A DNA stretch of 64,000 bases, from assembly GCA_036785375.1 (NCBI GenBank), contig JAWMAR010000079.1, positions 2,108,001 to 2,172,000 of the forward strand, given 5' to 3'. Below are positions 52,535-63,453 of the stretch, piece by piece. How positions within the stretch are numbered: position 1 is the first letter of the stretch; every line of letters begins with the position of its first letter. A program made the translations under genes and the position numbers. This stretch comes from Leucoraja ocellata. Lineage: Eukaryota. The notes under the pieces were generated by a model that searched no databases, was not told the DNA's origin, and saw nothing but the letters and a program-made list of their open reading frames with translations.

Positions 52535-54215
52535 AAAGACTGCAGGTGCTGGAATCTGAGGCAAAATCAAGGAGAGCAGCTGGAGGAACTCAATGGATCA
52601 TGCAGCATCTGTGGAGGGAAACAGACAGCAGACATTTCGGATCAAGATCCTTCATCTAAACTAAAAGAGGGGAGATAGCTTGTGTAAAGAGTGGATTAGT
52701 AGAGAAAGAGCTAGCAAGGAAATGTTAAGTGCAGGTGAGAAGGTGTTGATTGGCAGATACCAATAAGGAGGGGAAGGGTAGCGATGGCACATAAGCCAGG
52801 GAGTGCTGTAGAAAACAAAAAGCTGCAGATTCTGAAATCTGAAAAGATGAAGAATGCAGCTGAATGAAGGGAGGTGGCAGATGGAACAACAGAGGGAGGG
52901 GAGAGGTGAGCAGTGAATTGGAGGAAAAGGATCCAGTGGAAGGAGTGTGGGGAGAGGGGGGGGGTAAAAGACACAGGACGGTCGGGTGCTTGAAATGGGG
53001 CATACGAGAGAGGATCAGGGTAGATAGGAGGAGAGTGAGGGTGCAGTTTTATCTAAAGTTGAAGGTTTCAATGGTCATGTTGTTGGGTTGTAGAAGGCAG
53101 AATATAAAGAGTGTTCCTCTACTTTGCAATTGGCCTTATCCTGACAGTGGAGGAGGTTGAGCATAGACAAGTCAATGTGGGGAGGGAAGTGGAATCAAAG
53201 TGGTTGGCAACTGGGAGATCCAGCGGAAGGAACGCAGGTGCTCGGCACGAGTGGTCACCTAGTCTGCATTTTGGTCTCAATAGGCGAGGTGGGAGGAGGT
53301 ACAGCTGAATCTGTCTCACCCAGAAGAACTGTATAGATCCCTGGATAGAGAGGGAAGTGTAGGAACAGATGTTAAACCTATAGTTGTAGGGTTGAAGGAA
53401 TGAGTGGAGGGATAAGAGAACGAGAAAGTCACAGAATGGTCCATGCAGAAGGTCCTGGGGAGGGGAAAATGTGATTGATTTCATCTCCCCAGTCACTTTT
53501 CTGTAACTTAGGTGTAACACCTCTCCCTACAACCTTCTCCCTCAACTCCATCCAGGGATCTAAACAGCCCTTCCAATTGAGACAGATATTCAACTGCACC
53601 TCCTCCAACCTCATCTACTGCATTTAGTACTCTCAATTTGGCCTCCGCTACATCAGCAAGCCGAATGCAGACTAAACAACCACTTTTCCTAGAAACTGCA
53701 CCCTGTCTATTGTAACCATCTGGATCTCCTAATTGCTTGCCAGTTTAATTCCTCTTCCCATTCCCAGATCAACTTGTTTGGCCTCAGCCTCCTCCACTAC
53801 CAGAGTGAGGCCAAACAAACTAGATGAACAGCATCTCATATGTCACCCGAGTAGTCTATAACCCAATGGCATGACCACTTAACTCTGATTTCAGGAATCA
53901 CACACTCCATCCCTTTCTCCCTTCCTACATTTCCTGGTCATCTCTCACACTCCCTGCTTCTCACATTAACCCCATCTCCCCCCCCCCCCCCCCCCCCATT
54001 ACTCATCTCTCCTGTGTTCCCATCTGCCACAACTCCTCAGTTCTTCATCATCTTCCTTTCCTATCAGATTCCAGAATCTGAAGCCTTTTGTTCCCCACAT
54101 TACTTCTTGGTGTCTGTTGCTATCTCCACTTTTCCCTCTCCCACCCGATTCAAACAACTCCTCCTCACTTACTTACAAGTGCTTGCCCCAGCCCTGCCCT
54201 CTTTTAACTGGTTAT
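52535..54215. mobile_element. Divergently oriented pair of degraded Penelope-like 3' regions (- 52535-53500, + 53505-54215)
   Basis: Minus ORF 53119-53520 RPKCRLGDH...DLPVANHF; plus strand atccagggatctaaacagcccttcc...cacctcctccaacctcatctactgc. Confidence 0.75.
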
Positions 54216-54896
54216 TTTAGAGTCACAATGGGCCCCACAATTAATATGACTATTACTGCACCAGAATTGCTAAATCTCCAGGAACGTCCTGGAGTCTCAA
54301 GACCTTAAGGATAATCATCCACTTGATGTTGAAGACAAAAATCCAGCAATAAAATCACAGAGGATGTCATGGAGTGATGATTTTTGTCATATTTCCTTTG
54401 TTAAAGAAAAGCCCAAAGTGAGATTCTGAGTTTAAATTCCAGTTTAGTCTAAGAAGCCATCTCAATACAAGACTTGAAAGAACGTAAGGAATGGTTGTCA
54501 TGAGGCAAGTTAAACAAGTGATTGGCATTTAAAATGTCTGCAAGCACTCATTCAAGAGGCTGAGTGCTATTTTAGTGGTTCCACTTGGCCTACTGCTAAC
54601 TTCTAATAGTGGTTATTTGGAAATGATGTCAGTTTCAAGCAATATTTAAAGGCATAATCACCATTTATAGGAGTACTCTGCATTCCGCGGCCTCTGCACT
54701 GAGATCTGTGAAGAATACTAAAACACTCGCAGCAATTTTTCCAGGACATTTCATCCATGCCCAAGCAAATTTACTCTGGAGATTTTTGAAACACTTCACC
54801 TATAGGAGAGGTCAATGCTGCAGTGTTGCACCTCATTGAGTGTTCAAGCCATCCTCCAAGAGACCCTCTTTTTGTATCAAAAAGAGGGCATGAAAC

Positions 54897-55250
54897 CTTT
54901 TTTTTTTTTTTTAATTCAAAAATAAACTTTATTCGTTTTAAAAACTATATCTATATTTATCTACAGTGGGCCTTCCCTACCCGTCCTTCATGTTGGCCGC
55001 CCTGTTGGTGACATCATCTGCGGCTTACTCCTCAGCACCACCATCTGCCACGCACTTTCTTCTCCTTCCCCAACACCCTCTTCCATGAACTCTCCTTCTA
55101 TGGGAGGGGGCTGGAGTTGATGTCTGGAATCTGGTCTGGTCTGGTCCCCCCCTCAGCTGAGGGACAGCAGCGGGTGGACAGGGACTGGCCGAGCGGAGGC
55201 TGAGCCGGAGTGGGCAGAGTCGGGTTGCAGGGTGGCCGAGTTTGAGGAAG
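54897..55250 (-). mobile_element. Polyadenylated retroposon 3' end (Tx1/L1-like tail)
   Basis: Minus strand ends cgaataaagtttatttttgaatt followed by a poly(A) run. Confidence 0.5.
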
Positions 55251-55254
55251 GAAG

Positions 55255-55640
55255 TGGGGGAGGTTGAGAATGGGGAATAGAGGGAGAGGAGGGCAGTGGG
55301 GGGGGGTCAGGAGGGATAGTGGGGGGGGGGGTGGGGGGGGGGATAGGGGGATGTGAGGAGTGGGGGAATAGAGGGATAGGAGGGGGATTGGGAGGGGAGA
55401 GGAGGGAGGGAGTGACTAAGGGTAGGGGAAAGGAACGGGAGGGATTGGGGGAGGGGAGAGAGGGGAAAGAGGGAGGGTGAAGAGGAAGGGGAGGGAGTGC
55501 TGGGGGATGAGGGGAAATGAGCCATGCCTACGCAGTTGGGGGCTATGCGTGAGTGGTGCAGTATTGCATTGGCGAACGGGTTGCGTTGGGGGACCAGGCC
55601 TCCCGTGTGACAGGGACCCAACTGGTCCCACTTAGTCTAG
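55255..55640 (+). mobile_element. Helitron 3' part with G-rich tract
   Basis: Hairpin gggacccaactggtccc, then acttagtCTAG|T; subterminal sequence shared with the 38254-38420 Helitron. Confidence 0.75.
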
Positions 55641-56679
55641 TACCTTTTAAACACAAGCACAGTGTCAGGCAAGGACTAAACAAATATGTCCATAATATGT
55701 TCAGCAGACATCATAAAATAAGTCAAGCGCACTTCTGATCTGGTGAGTTGTCTATTATTCATGACATTATTCTGTCATTATTGCTTGGTCTTTATGCTTT
55801 AGCTTTAGGTTAAAAATTGGCTCCACAAAAGGCAAGGATTGCAGCATTAGAGTTGCTAGTTTGAGTATAACACACAAGAATGATTCACTTGTTTTAACTG
55901 CTTAATACAGTACTATGTTGGCAGAAGCACTGCCATTTATTTATTAACTGAACTGATCCCCAAATTCTGTTTGAATAGATGAGAAGGATTCTATGGAGAC
56001 TTGGAGATGTCCTTGGAGGCTTCTTTATGTCTGATCAACAATTCATACCATAAGTAACACCATAAAAGGTTAATTGGGTGTTTGTCACAGGAATTCCCTA
56101 CCTTGACATACCTGCCTCTCCATCTATCATTTAAACATTAAAAGTTACAACTTGAACAGGTTATGGTCACCTGTCTTATTTTCAACCCAGCACAAACTAC
56201 ATTTGCTTCAATAACTGAGACAGGAAAAGACTGTGTCAGCAAACGAAGGAGAAACATACACTGATCCTTCTGAATTTTTATTCAAGATGCCTCCATATGC
56301 GAATAGGTGTTAGATTTAGATGAAATGCTGTTTCCGACAAACTTTTAAAGGCAATCTACAAATGCAAGTTGAAGTTGTGGAATTTTGCTCTGCATGCAAT
56401 TATTGACCTATTTATTAATATAGCCACTGCAGCAAGGCGTGCAAGTCCCTATTTGACTTGGAATGCAAGATCAAATCACAATATGGCAGCTAGGGAATTA
56501 AAAGACATGTAGTTAAATAAATCTGGATTTTGTTTTTAAAGTTAGTATTGAAATAGTTATAAAAATATCCAATTGTAAATCCCATCTGATTCACTAATAT
56601 CCTTCAAGGAAGGAAATCCACAGTCCTCACCCAGTCTGACCTACATGTGACCCAGCACCATCTAAGAGGTTGACTCTAA

Positions 56680-57129
56680 AGGGCCTGTCCCACGAGCATG
56701 CGATTCCATGCGGCAAGCGCGACCTAACGTGGTCGCTTGAGCCGTACGGCCTCGCGGGGCCGGTCTCACTTCGATCACCGGAGCCGTATGGAGTTGCGCA
56801 GAGCTGGTCCCTACATCGCGCGGGGCTCCGAAAAACTGACCGTGTTCAAAAATTCCGTGCCGCAACGGCCTGCAGCCGCCTCGACGGGCATACACAGCGT
56901 ATCGACGCCGTACGTCATGCACGAACTTCCCGGAGGACTTCGCTCGAACTTCACGTCACTCACCCGACCTCCGCGTGGCCCCCGCTTCTGGTTTGGTCGC
57001 GCTCGCCACATGCAGGCGCATGCTGGTGCGACCGGTCCTGTACGGGGATCACTCGACCTCCGCGCGGCCCCTGCTTCCGGTTTGGTCGCGCTTGCCGCAT
57101 ACAGGTCGCATGCTTGTGAGACAGGCCCC
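56680..57129. mobile_element. PIF/Harbinger-type MITE inserted in an old SINE
   Basis: ~45-bp TIRs agggcctgtcccacgagcatgcg...cggcaagcgcgacc / ggtcgcgcttgccg...cgcatgcttgtgagacaggcccc; flanks TAA and TTA; CpG-rich. Confidence 0.8.
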
Positions 57130-57881
57130 TTACTCTCTCATTGATTAAGAGAAATTTGGTATGGGCAATAAAGGCAGGCTTTGCCAACCATGGCCACATG
57201 TGTGGCCGAGTTGAAAAGTATCCAATTTCAACAAGAATCTTCACTTTCGACTGTAAATTTCCTGTGCAAGTATTACTCAGTGTCCTTGTCCCATGACACA
57301 AGTACAAATCCAGTATCAAACACACAAAGAAATGTTTTTTGCTTCACTTGGTTTGTTCACAGTAAAGGGGTTTTCACAAGCAAACCTACAACTACTGATA
57401 ATTATAACATCAGCTTTTGTGCATAATGTGAATGAAATTGTGTACTGTAAAATTAACAATTCAATTCAAGTGCAGTTTCTTACCACTTCAAGCAGGATGC
57501 AAGGCCACCAAATTCAAGTGCAGTTTCATACCATTTCAAGCAGGGTGCAAGGCCACTAAAGACAGCGAGTCGTAACCTCTCCCTCCTCCATCTTGTAGAG
57601 ACTGAGCCACTCCCTCACTTCTGGCTTTTATAGTCCCTCCCCCTCCCACCAGAAGGGGCGTGGCCTTCATGGCGTGATTGACAGGAGAGCGAATCTCAAC
57701 ATTTTTAAAACACTAATAACTCTTTTATGTTTCATCGATGGGAAAAATCCTCGGCACCTGATGAGCGGAGGGGGACTCCGAGTAAGATGGCCAAAGATCA
57801 CAGCCGTAAGTGGTAGCGTTTTTTCTAAATTCAATATAAAGCGCAAAGAGGAAGAGGTCAAGATTGGACTTTTAATGATAT

Positions 57882-58043
57882 ATTAGGCAAGGCAACTTTA
57901 ATTAGGCAAGGCAACTTAAATTAGGCAAGGCAACTTAAATTAGGCAGGGCAACTTTAATTAGGCAGGGCAACTTTAATTAGGCAAGGCCACTTTAAATAG
58001 GCAAGGCCACTTTAAATAGGCAAGGCCACTTTAATTAGGCAAG
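57882..58043. repeat. 19-bp minisatellite, ~8.5 copies
   Basis: attaggcaaggcaacttta unit. Confidence 0.95.
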
Positions 58044-58048
58044 TCAAA

Positions 58049-58190
58049 TTTAGCATTTCCAAACCAAAGGCAATACAGCTTTAGCATTTCCAAACCAAAG
58101 GTAACACAGCTTTAGCATTTACAAACCAAAAGCAACACAGCTTTATCATTTCCAAACCAAAGGCAACACAGCTTTAGCATTTCCAAACCA
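58049..58190. repeat. 31-bp minisatellite, ~4.6 copies
   Basis: tttagcatttccaaaccaaaggcaacacagc unit. Confidence 0.95.
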
Positions 58191-58541
58191 CATTAAGGGC
58201 ACTGACAGGTCAGTAAAACCACTCACAGTTTAGTAGACATGCAGTGTTATTCACAGCTCAGACTGAGAGACGTGATCCTCTCGCTCCCCTATCTTGCAGA
58301 GACTGACTGAGGCACTCAACACTTCTGGGTTTTATAGTCCCTCCGGAAGGGGCGTGGCCTTCAGGAGAGAGAATCTCAGCATTTTTTAAACACTAATAAC
58401 TTTTATTTTTCATCAATGGGAAAAATCCTCTGAGTAAGATGGCCAAAGATCACAGCCGTAAGTGGCAGCGTTTTTCTAAAATCAAAATACAGAACAGGAA
58501 GTGGTCAAGATCAGACTTTTAGTGATATAGATATAACTATA

Positions 58542-58984
58542 TCTATATACTATTAAAACTGTGTGGCTGCTGGCTGCCTGGCTGCCTGCCTGTGGGTGCC
58601 AGCCTTCGATTCGTTGCCACGACAACCCCCGACCCACAAACTCCCTGATTTTTCCCATTTCGGTATAGATTTCAATTTTCATTACATGTATTCACTCCTC
58701 ATTAAATTTTGTCGTGTTTATGTATACAATTTTAATCAAATCCTTTTCCGCCCCCCCCCCCCCCCCCCCCCCCCCCCCCCACTCACTCATTTTGTCGCCT
58801 CCTGCTGGCCAGTGACCACAACGGCTGCTGGCGCCCGCCTCTCGCCTCAAAGACGCCATTTAAAAACAGCCGCACTGCTGATTCCTGAGCCGCTTGAGTT
58901 GGAGGACCGCGTCTCCCGTGGGGGCTACGGGTAGGCAACGGCTGCGTTGGGGGAGCAGACCCAACGGGTCTGCACTTGGTCTAG
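58542..58984 (+). mobile_element. Complete non-autonomous Helitron (443 bp)
   Basis: A|TCTATATACTATTAAAAC ... hairpin gcagaccc-aac-gggtctgc, acttggt CTAG|T; inserted between A and T with no TSD. Confidence 0.85.
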
Positions 58985-58987
58985 TAA

Positions 58988-59030
58988 ATATATATATATA
59001 TGTGTGTGTGTGCGTGCGTGTGTGTGTGTA

Positions 59031-59063
<33 letters not shown>
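58988..59063. repeat. Compound microsatellite (AT)n(GT)n(AT)n(AC)n
   Basis: Directly visible. Confidence 0.9.
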
Positions 59064-59234
59064 TAATTTCCCTCCTGCGATTAATAAAGTTCTGTCGTAT
59101 AGTATCGTGTGTGCAGGACTGCAGATTCTGGTTTAAACTGAAGATAGACACAAAAAGCTGGAGTACTCAACAGGTCAGACAGAATTTCTGGACAAAAGGA
59201 AAATATTACATTTTGGGTTGGGTCTGAAAAAAGT

Positions 59235-59397
59235 TCCTGCACACCTTTGGAATGTGGAAGGAAACAAGAGCACCCGGAGAAAACCCATGCGACCAAAGGG
59301 AAAAGGAGCAAACTCCATACAGACAGCACCCATATTCAGGATCAATTCCGGGTCTCTGGCACTTTTAGGCAGCAACTTTATGGCCAATATACTGCCC
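59235..59397 (-). mobile_element. HE1-type SINE 5' part, joined to a Penelope pLTR piece (59110-59232)
   Basis: ggaaacaagagcacccggagaaaacccatgcg...caaactccatacagacagcacc. Confidence 0.75.
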
Positions 59398-59546
59398 CAT
59401 AGTCTTGAACTGAATTAAAACATACAGTAGCTGTAAAGGGGGACATAGCGTCACTTAGAGATTTAAGACTGAAAATGGATAGGTTTTTTTTTAGTAACCA
59501 AAGTTATCAGCGTATAATTTTTTGTGTGTTGGAAAACAAAATATAA

Positions 59547-59770
59547 TGGCACAGCTGGTGGGCTTGCTGCCTCACACGCCAGAGATCTGTGTTCGATCCT
59601 GTCCTCGGGCACTGTCTGTGTTGAATTTGCACATTCTCCCTGCAAGCGTGTGGGTTTCCTCCCACATACCAAAGACGCATTGGCTTTGTAGGTTAACTTG
59701 TCTCTGTAAATTTGGCCCTAATGTGTAGGGAGTGGGTGAGGAAAGTTGGATAACAGAACATGTGAATGGG
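59547..59770 (+). mobile_element. HE1-type SINE truncated by a Penelope insertion
   Basis: ggcacagctgg...gttcgatcct...gcgtgtgggtttcctcccaca...tgtaggttaa. Confidence 0.75.
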
Positions 59771-59897
59771 TAGACAAAAATGCTGGAGAAACCCTTCTTC
59801 AGACTGATGTGAGGGTGAGGGAAGGGCGGGAATAAGAAAGGAAGAGGTGGAGACATTGGGCTGAGGGAGAGCTGGGAATGGGAGGAGAAAGTAGGGA

Positions 59898-60437
59898 CTA
59901 CCTGAAATTGGAGAAGTCAATGTTCATACCGCTGGGGTGTGAACTGCCCAAGCAAAATATGAGGTTTTGCTCCTCCAATTTACGGGAGGCCTCACTCTGG
60001 CCATGGAGGAGGCCCAGAACAGAAAGGTCAGATTCGGAATGGGAGGGGAAGTTGAAGTGCTGAGCCACCGGGAGATCAGGTTGATTATTGCAAACCGAGC
60101 GGAGGTGTTGGGCGAAACGATCGCCAAGCCTAGGCTTGGTCTCACCGATGTAGAGCAGCTGACACCTAGAGCAGCGCATGTAATAGATGAGGTTGGAGGA
60201 GGTGCAGGTGAACCTCTGCCGCACCTGGAAAGACTGCTTGGGTCCTTGAATGGAGTCAAGGGGGGAGGTAAAGCGACTAGTGTAACATTTCCTGCGGTTG
60301 CAAGGAAAAGTGCCAGGAGAGGGAGTGGTTTGGGTGGGAAGGGATGAATTAACCAGGGAATTACGGAGGGAGCGGTCTCTGCGGAAAGCTGACAGGGGAG
60401 GAGATGGGAAGATGCGGCCAGTGGTGGGATCCCATTG
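59898..60437 (-). pseudogene. GIY-YIG endonuclease domain of a Penelope-like element (open ~180 codons, 5'-truncated)
   Basis: DPTTGRIFPSPPLSAFRRDRSLRNSLV...FPCNRRKCYTS...FTCTSSNLIYYMRCSRCQLLYIGETKPRLGDRFAQH...HF...RKLEEQNLIF.LGS.HPSGMN. Confidence 0.9.
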
Positions 60438-60499
60438 GTAGCAAAAAAGCTGGAGAAAATCATCGGGTGAGGCAGCATCTATGGAGCAAAGGAATAGAC

Positions 60500-60530
60500 G
60501 ACGTTTCGGTTTGAGACCCTTCTTCAGACT
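60500..60530 (-). ncRNA. Minimal hammerhead ribozyme motif in Penelope pLTR
   Basis: AGU CUGAAGA AGGGUCUCAAACC GAAA CGUC. Confidence 0.6.
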
Positions 60531-60879
60531 GATGTCGAGGGGGGGAGGGAAAAAGGAAGAGGCGGAGACAGTAGGCTGTGGAAGAGCTGGGAATGGGAGG
60601 GGAAGGAAAGAGAAAGCAAGGACTACCTGAAATTGGAGAAGCCAATGTTCATACCGCTGGGGTGTAAACTACCCAAGCAAAATATGCGGTGCTGTTCTTC
60701 CAATTTGCGGTGGGCCTCACTCTGGCCTTGGAGGAGGCCCAGGATAGAAAGGTCGGATTCGGAATGGGAAGGGGATTTGAAGTGTTGAGTCACCGGGAGA
60801 TCAGTTTGGTTATGGCGAACTGAGTGGAGGTGTTGTGAGAAGCGTTTGCCAAACCTCATCGGGTCTCATCGAGGTTGAT

Positions 60880-61254
60880 CATACGCTGAATAATCCAACC
60901 ACATTTTTGTTTGGAAGTGGAAAGAAATAATAGAAATTGCAATTATTGCAACGTGTTAAAAGAGTTGAGATACTGTATACACTGTATTATAATTTTGCTG
61001 CATGTCATTGTGGTATATATCATATCTTGATTGGTGAATATGTTTAGTTTGTGACTTTATTTGAAGCAGAAATAATATGTGACTGCTTCATTGAGCATAA
61101 TTCCGACTGGTAACTATGCACTTCGTCCGAGCACATTATCGCACGCGTCATGCAAGCCGTCTTAAATGACCACCTAAATTGTCATTCGGCAACCTAAAAA
61201 GCTGCCTAGGTTGCCCGGCTGGCAACAGCGAAAAAATGTTAAGTGAGAGCCCTG
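60880..61254. mobile_element. One end of a hAT-like non-autonomous DNA transposon
   Basis: Terminates in aagtgagagccctg (CAGGGCTCTC-type TIR); subterminal ggcaacct/aggttgcc inverted motifs; partner end missing. Confidence 0.5.
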
Positions 61255-62335
61255 GTTGTCTACCATGCCTACTGTTAACCTCAGAATGACAGTAAATACA
61301 GATGAATCCAACATTACAGGGGCAGTTAGATTCCTAAAAAAAAAGAATATCGCTATTCTTCATAACACAATGCTGCATCATCGTCAGTTCATGCATCAAT
61401 AAACCACAAGTTTAAAAAAATATTTATCTTCCTCTTTTTAAACACTCAGTGAGAGTGAATTTTATTTCATATCTGAAATTTTGGGGAAGTGATGTATTAA
61501 TTATTTAATGCAAATTTTCAATACCCTAATGGCCACAATACAATGGCCTGGATCACATTATAGTTAAGTATTGGTCAGTCTAAAAGTAGTAGTTGGAAAT
61601 ATGCGCATTTTTGGTTTATCTGTGAGCAGAGCATGTAATATTGTGAACTATGGGGAGACACAAAGCTGCCGGAACAAAAGCATTGTGTTTATTCAACTCT
61701 AACTACACTGCACACTGATGCATACATCATGTTTATATGTCATACGTTTTCATACACCACAATAGTGAAGTTTATGTCATGGTGGGAATATTGACAGGAA
61801 AGCATAAAATTCACAGCAAGTAGCTACATTTCTATAATACCTTTCAGAATCTCATGACATCCCAAAGCACTTTACAGGCAATGAAATGTGCCTTATGAAT
61901 ATGTCTTTCTTGCTTTTTTTATACCTGACCTGGGAGTGCTTGATTCGTGAAGAGGGAAGATTCTTATTTCCCTTTAAGAAAGAATCAGTCTGTTTTTTTT
62001 AAATAGGCAAACCTCAACTGCAGTATATGTGGAAGGATGGAAGTGGAGGAAGAAGGCATGCACTCCCTTCATTTCCAGCCATCAAAAAAATAAACACCAA
62101 TCAAAATTGCACATGCTGGAAATCTGAAATAAAGAGAAATCAAGGAGAGAAAGAATTAGCATTTCAGATGAATGGTCTTGTATTACCAAATGAGGCCAAA
62201 AATATGTGTGCACATTTCCTCTAAAATTAATATCCTGTACATGTCCTTGGCCTCAATTATGCCAGAGATGGGGGTAATTCTCTATGGCTAAGTTTTGTGT
62301 GAGAAAACGGGAAGGGCACGACAACGATTAGTTAC

Positions 62336-62880
62336 CAGATCGCACCAGATCTTCGGACCACATCACACCCATCCTCACTCAGCTCCACTGGCTCCCTGTG
62401 CACCACCGGATTAACTACAAGATTTTACTGCTGACCTTCAAAGCCCTACACCACCTTGCTCCCCAATACCTCTCTGACCTGCTGCTACCATACACTCCTT
62501 CCCGGTCACTTCGTTCCTCCTCAGCTGCAATTTTAACCGTCCCCACATTTAGACTCAGCACCATGGGTGCCAGAGCCTTCAGCTGCTCTGCCCCACGTCT
62601 CTGGAACACTCTTCCACCTCCCATCCATCACCTGGACACTATCGATCAATTCAAATCACAACTCAAAACACACCTGTTTAGATTAGCATACCCGACATAA
62701 CTTCCACCATGTTCACCCTGATTTTAATGACTTTAAATGTTTTGTGTTTTTTTTTTGTTTTTTTTGTTTTTAATCAACTTGATTTTAATATTGATATATG
62801 TATTGTGATTTTATGTCCTGTGTCCTTGGGTGTCCAGAAAGGCGCCAGCAAATAAAATGCATTATTATTATTATTATTAG
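62336..62880 (+). mobile_element. L2 LINE 3' end with (TTA)n tail
   Basis: DHITPILTQLHWLPVHHRINYKILLLTFKAL..LAPQYLSDLL..YTPSRSLRS...GARAFS..APRLWN.LP...FKSQLKTHLF; attagttac at 62327-62335 and 62876-62884. Confidence 0.93.
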
Positions 62881-62904
62881 TTACATCTCTGAGATAGAAG
62901 GTAT

Positions 62905-63275
62905 TTAGTTTAGCGATGCAGCATGGAAAAAGCCCCTTTGGCCCAACGAGTCCGTGCCGACCATCAATCACCCATTCACACTAGCTCAATGTTATCCTAC
63001 TTTTGCATACAATCCCCACAAATCAGAGGCAATGCAGACGCAAACTACAAACCATAGACACAAAAACCTGGAGTAACTCAGCGGGACAGGCAGAGAAAGA
63101 ATGAGTGACATTTCAAGTCGAGACCCTTCTTCAGACTTACAAATCGTACGTCTTTGGTATTTAAGAAGGAACTGCAGAACGTGCAAACACCACACAGACA
63201 GCACCCAAGGTCAGGATAGAACCCGAGTCTCTGGTGTTATGAGGCAGGAGCTCTATCAGCTGCACCATTGTACCA
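62905..63275 (-). mobile_element. HE1-type SINE interrupted by a Penelope pLTR (63055-63138)
   Basis: Tail ggcccaacgagtccgtgccgaccatc; head cacacagacagcacccaaggtcaggatagaaccc; insert ends tttcaagtcgagacccttcttcagac. Confidence 0.75.
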
Positions 63276-63453
63276 TCCAGTAGTGCATTTGTGAAAAGTG
63301 TAGTTGCCAGGCCTGAAATAAGACGGCCAGCATTAGGATGGGAAGACTACAAGCAAAGTGCTTAAGACGGAAGGCAAGATGGTGACAAAGATAGAATCGA
63401 TTTTAATGAAATGAGAGAACAGAAAGAGTTGGACACAAAATTGTTAGCATTGT

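Larger units (their letters stand above)
57460..58531 (-). mobile_element. Non-autonomous Helitron 5' region with duplicated module and minisatellites
   Basis: 5' A|TCTATATCACTAAAAGTCTGATCTTGACC at 58531; ~270-300 bp module repeated (57565-57880 and 58265-58531); 3' CTAG end not found. Confidence 0.65.
59771..60860 (-). mobile_element. Penelope-like (Neptune-type) retroelement 3' region in partial tandem (pLTR) arrangement
   Basis: Short copy 60860-60445 followed by longer copy 60437-59771; each has the GIY-YIG C-terminus and 3' UTR with a hammerhead motif (incomplete in the longer copy). Confidence 0.9.

Noticed and set aside
55240-55510. Functional G-quadruplex cluster
   Set aside because: G-runs are real but lie in a transposon low-complexity tract where homopolymer lengths are unreliable; no evidence of function
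56662-57325. Overlapping long GC-rich ORFs as a gene or CpG-island promoter
   Set aside because: Confined to a TIR-bounded MITE; ORFs reflect GC content
57882-58190. CRISPR-like array
   Set aside because: Units are contiguous with no unique spacers, the context is eukaryotic and no cas genes are present; these are minisatellites
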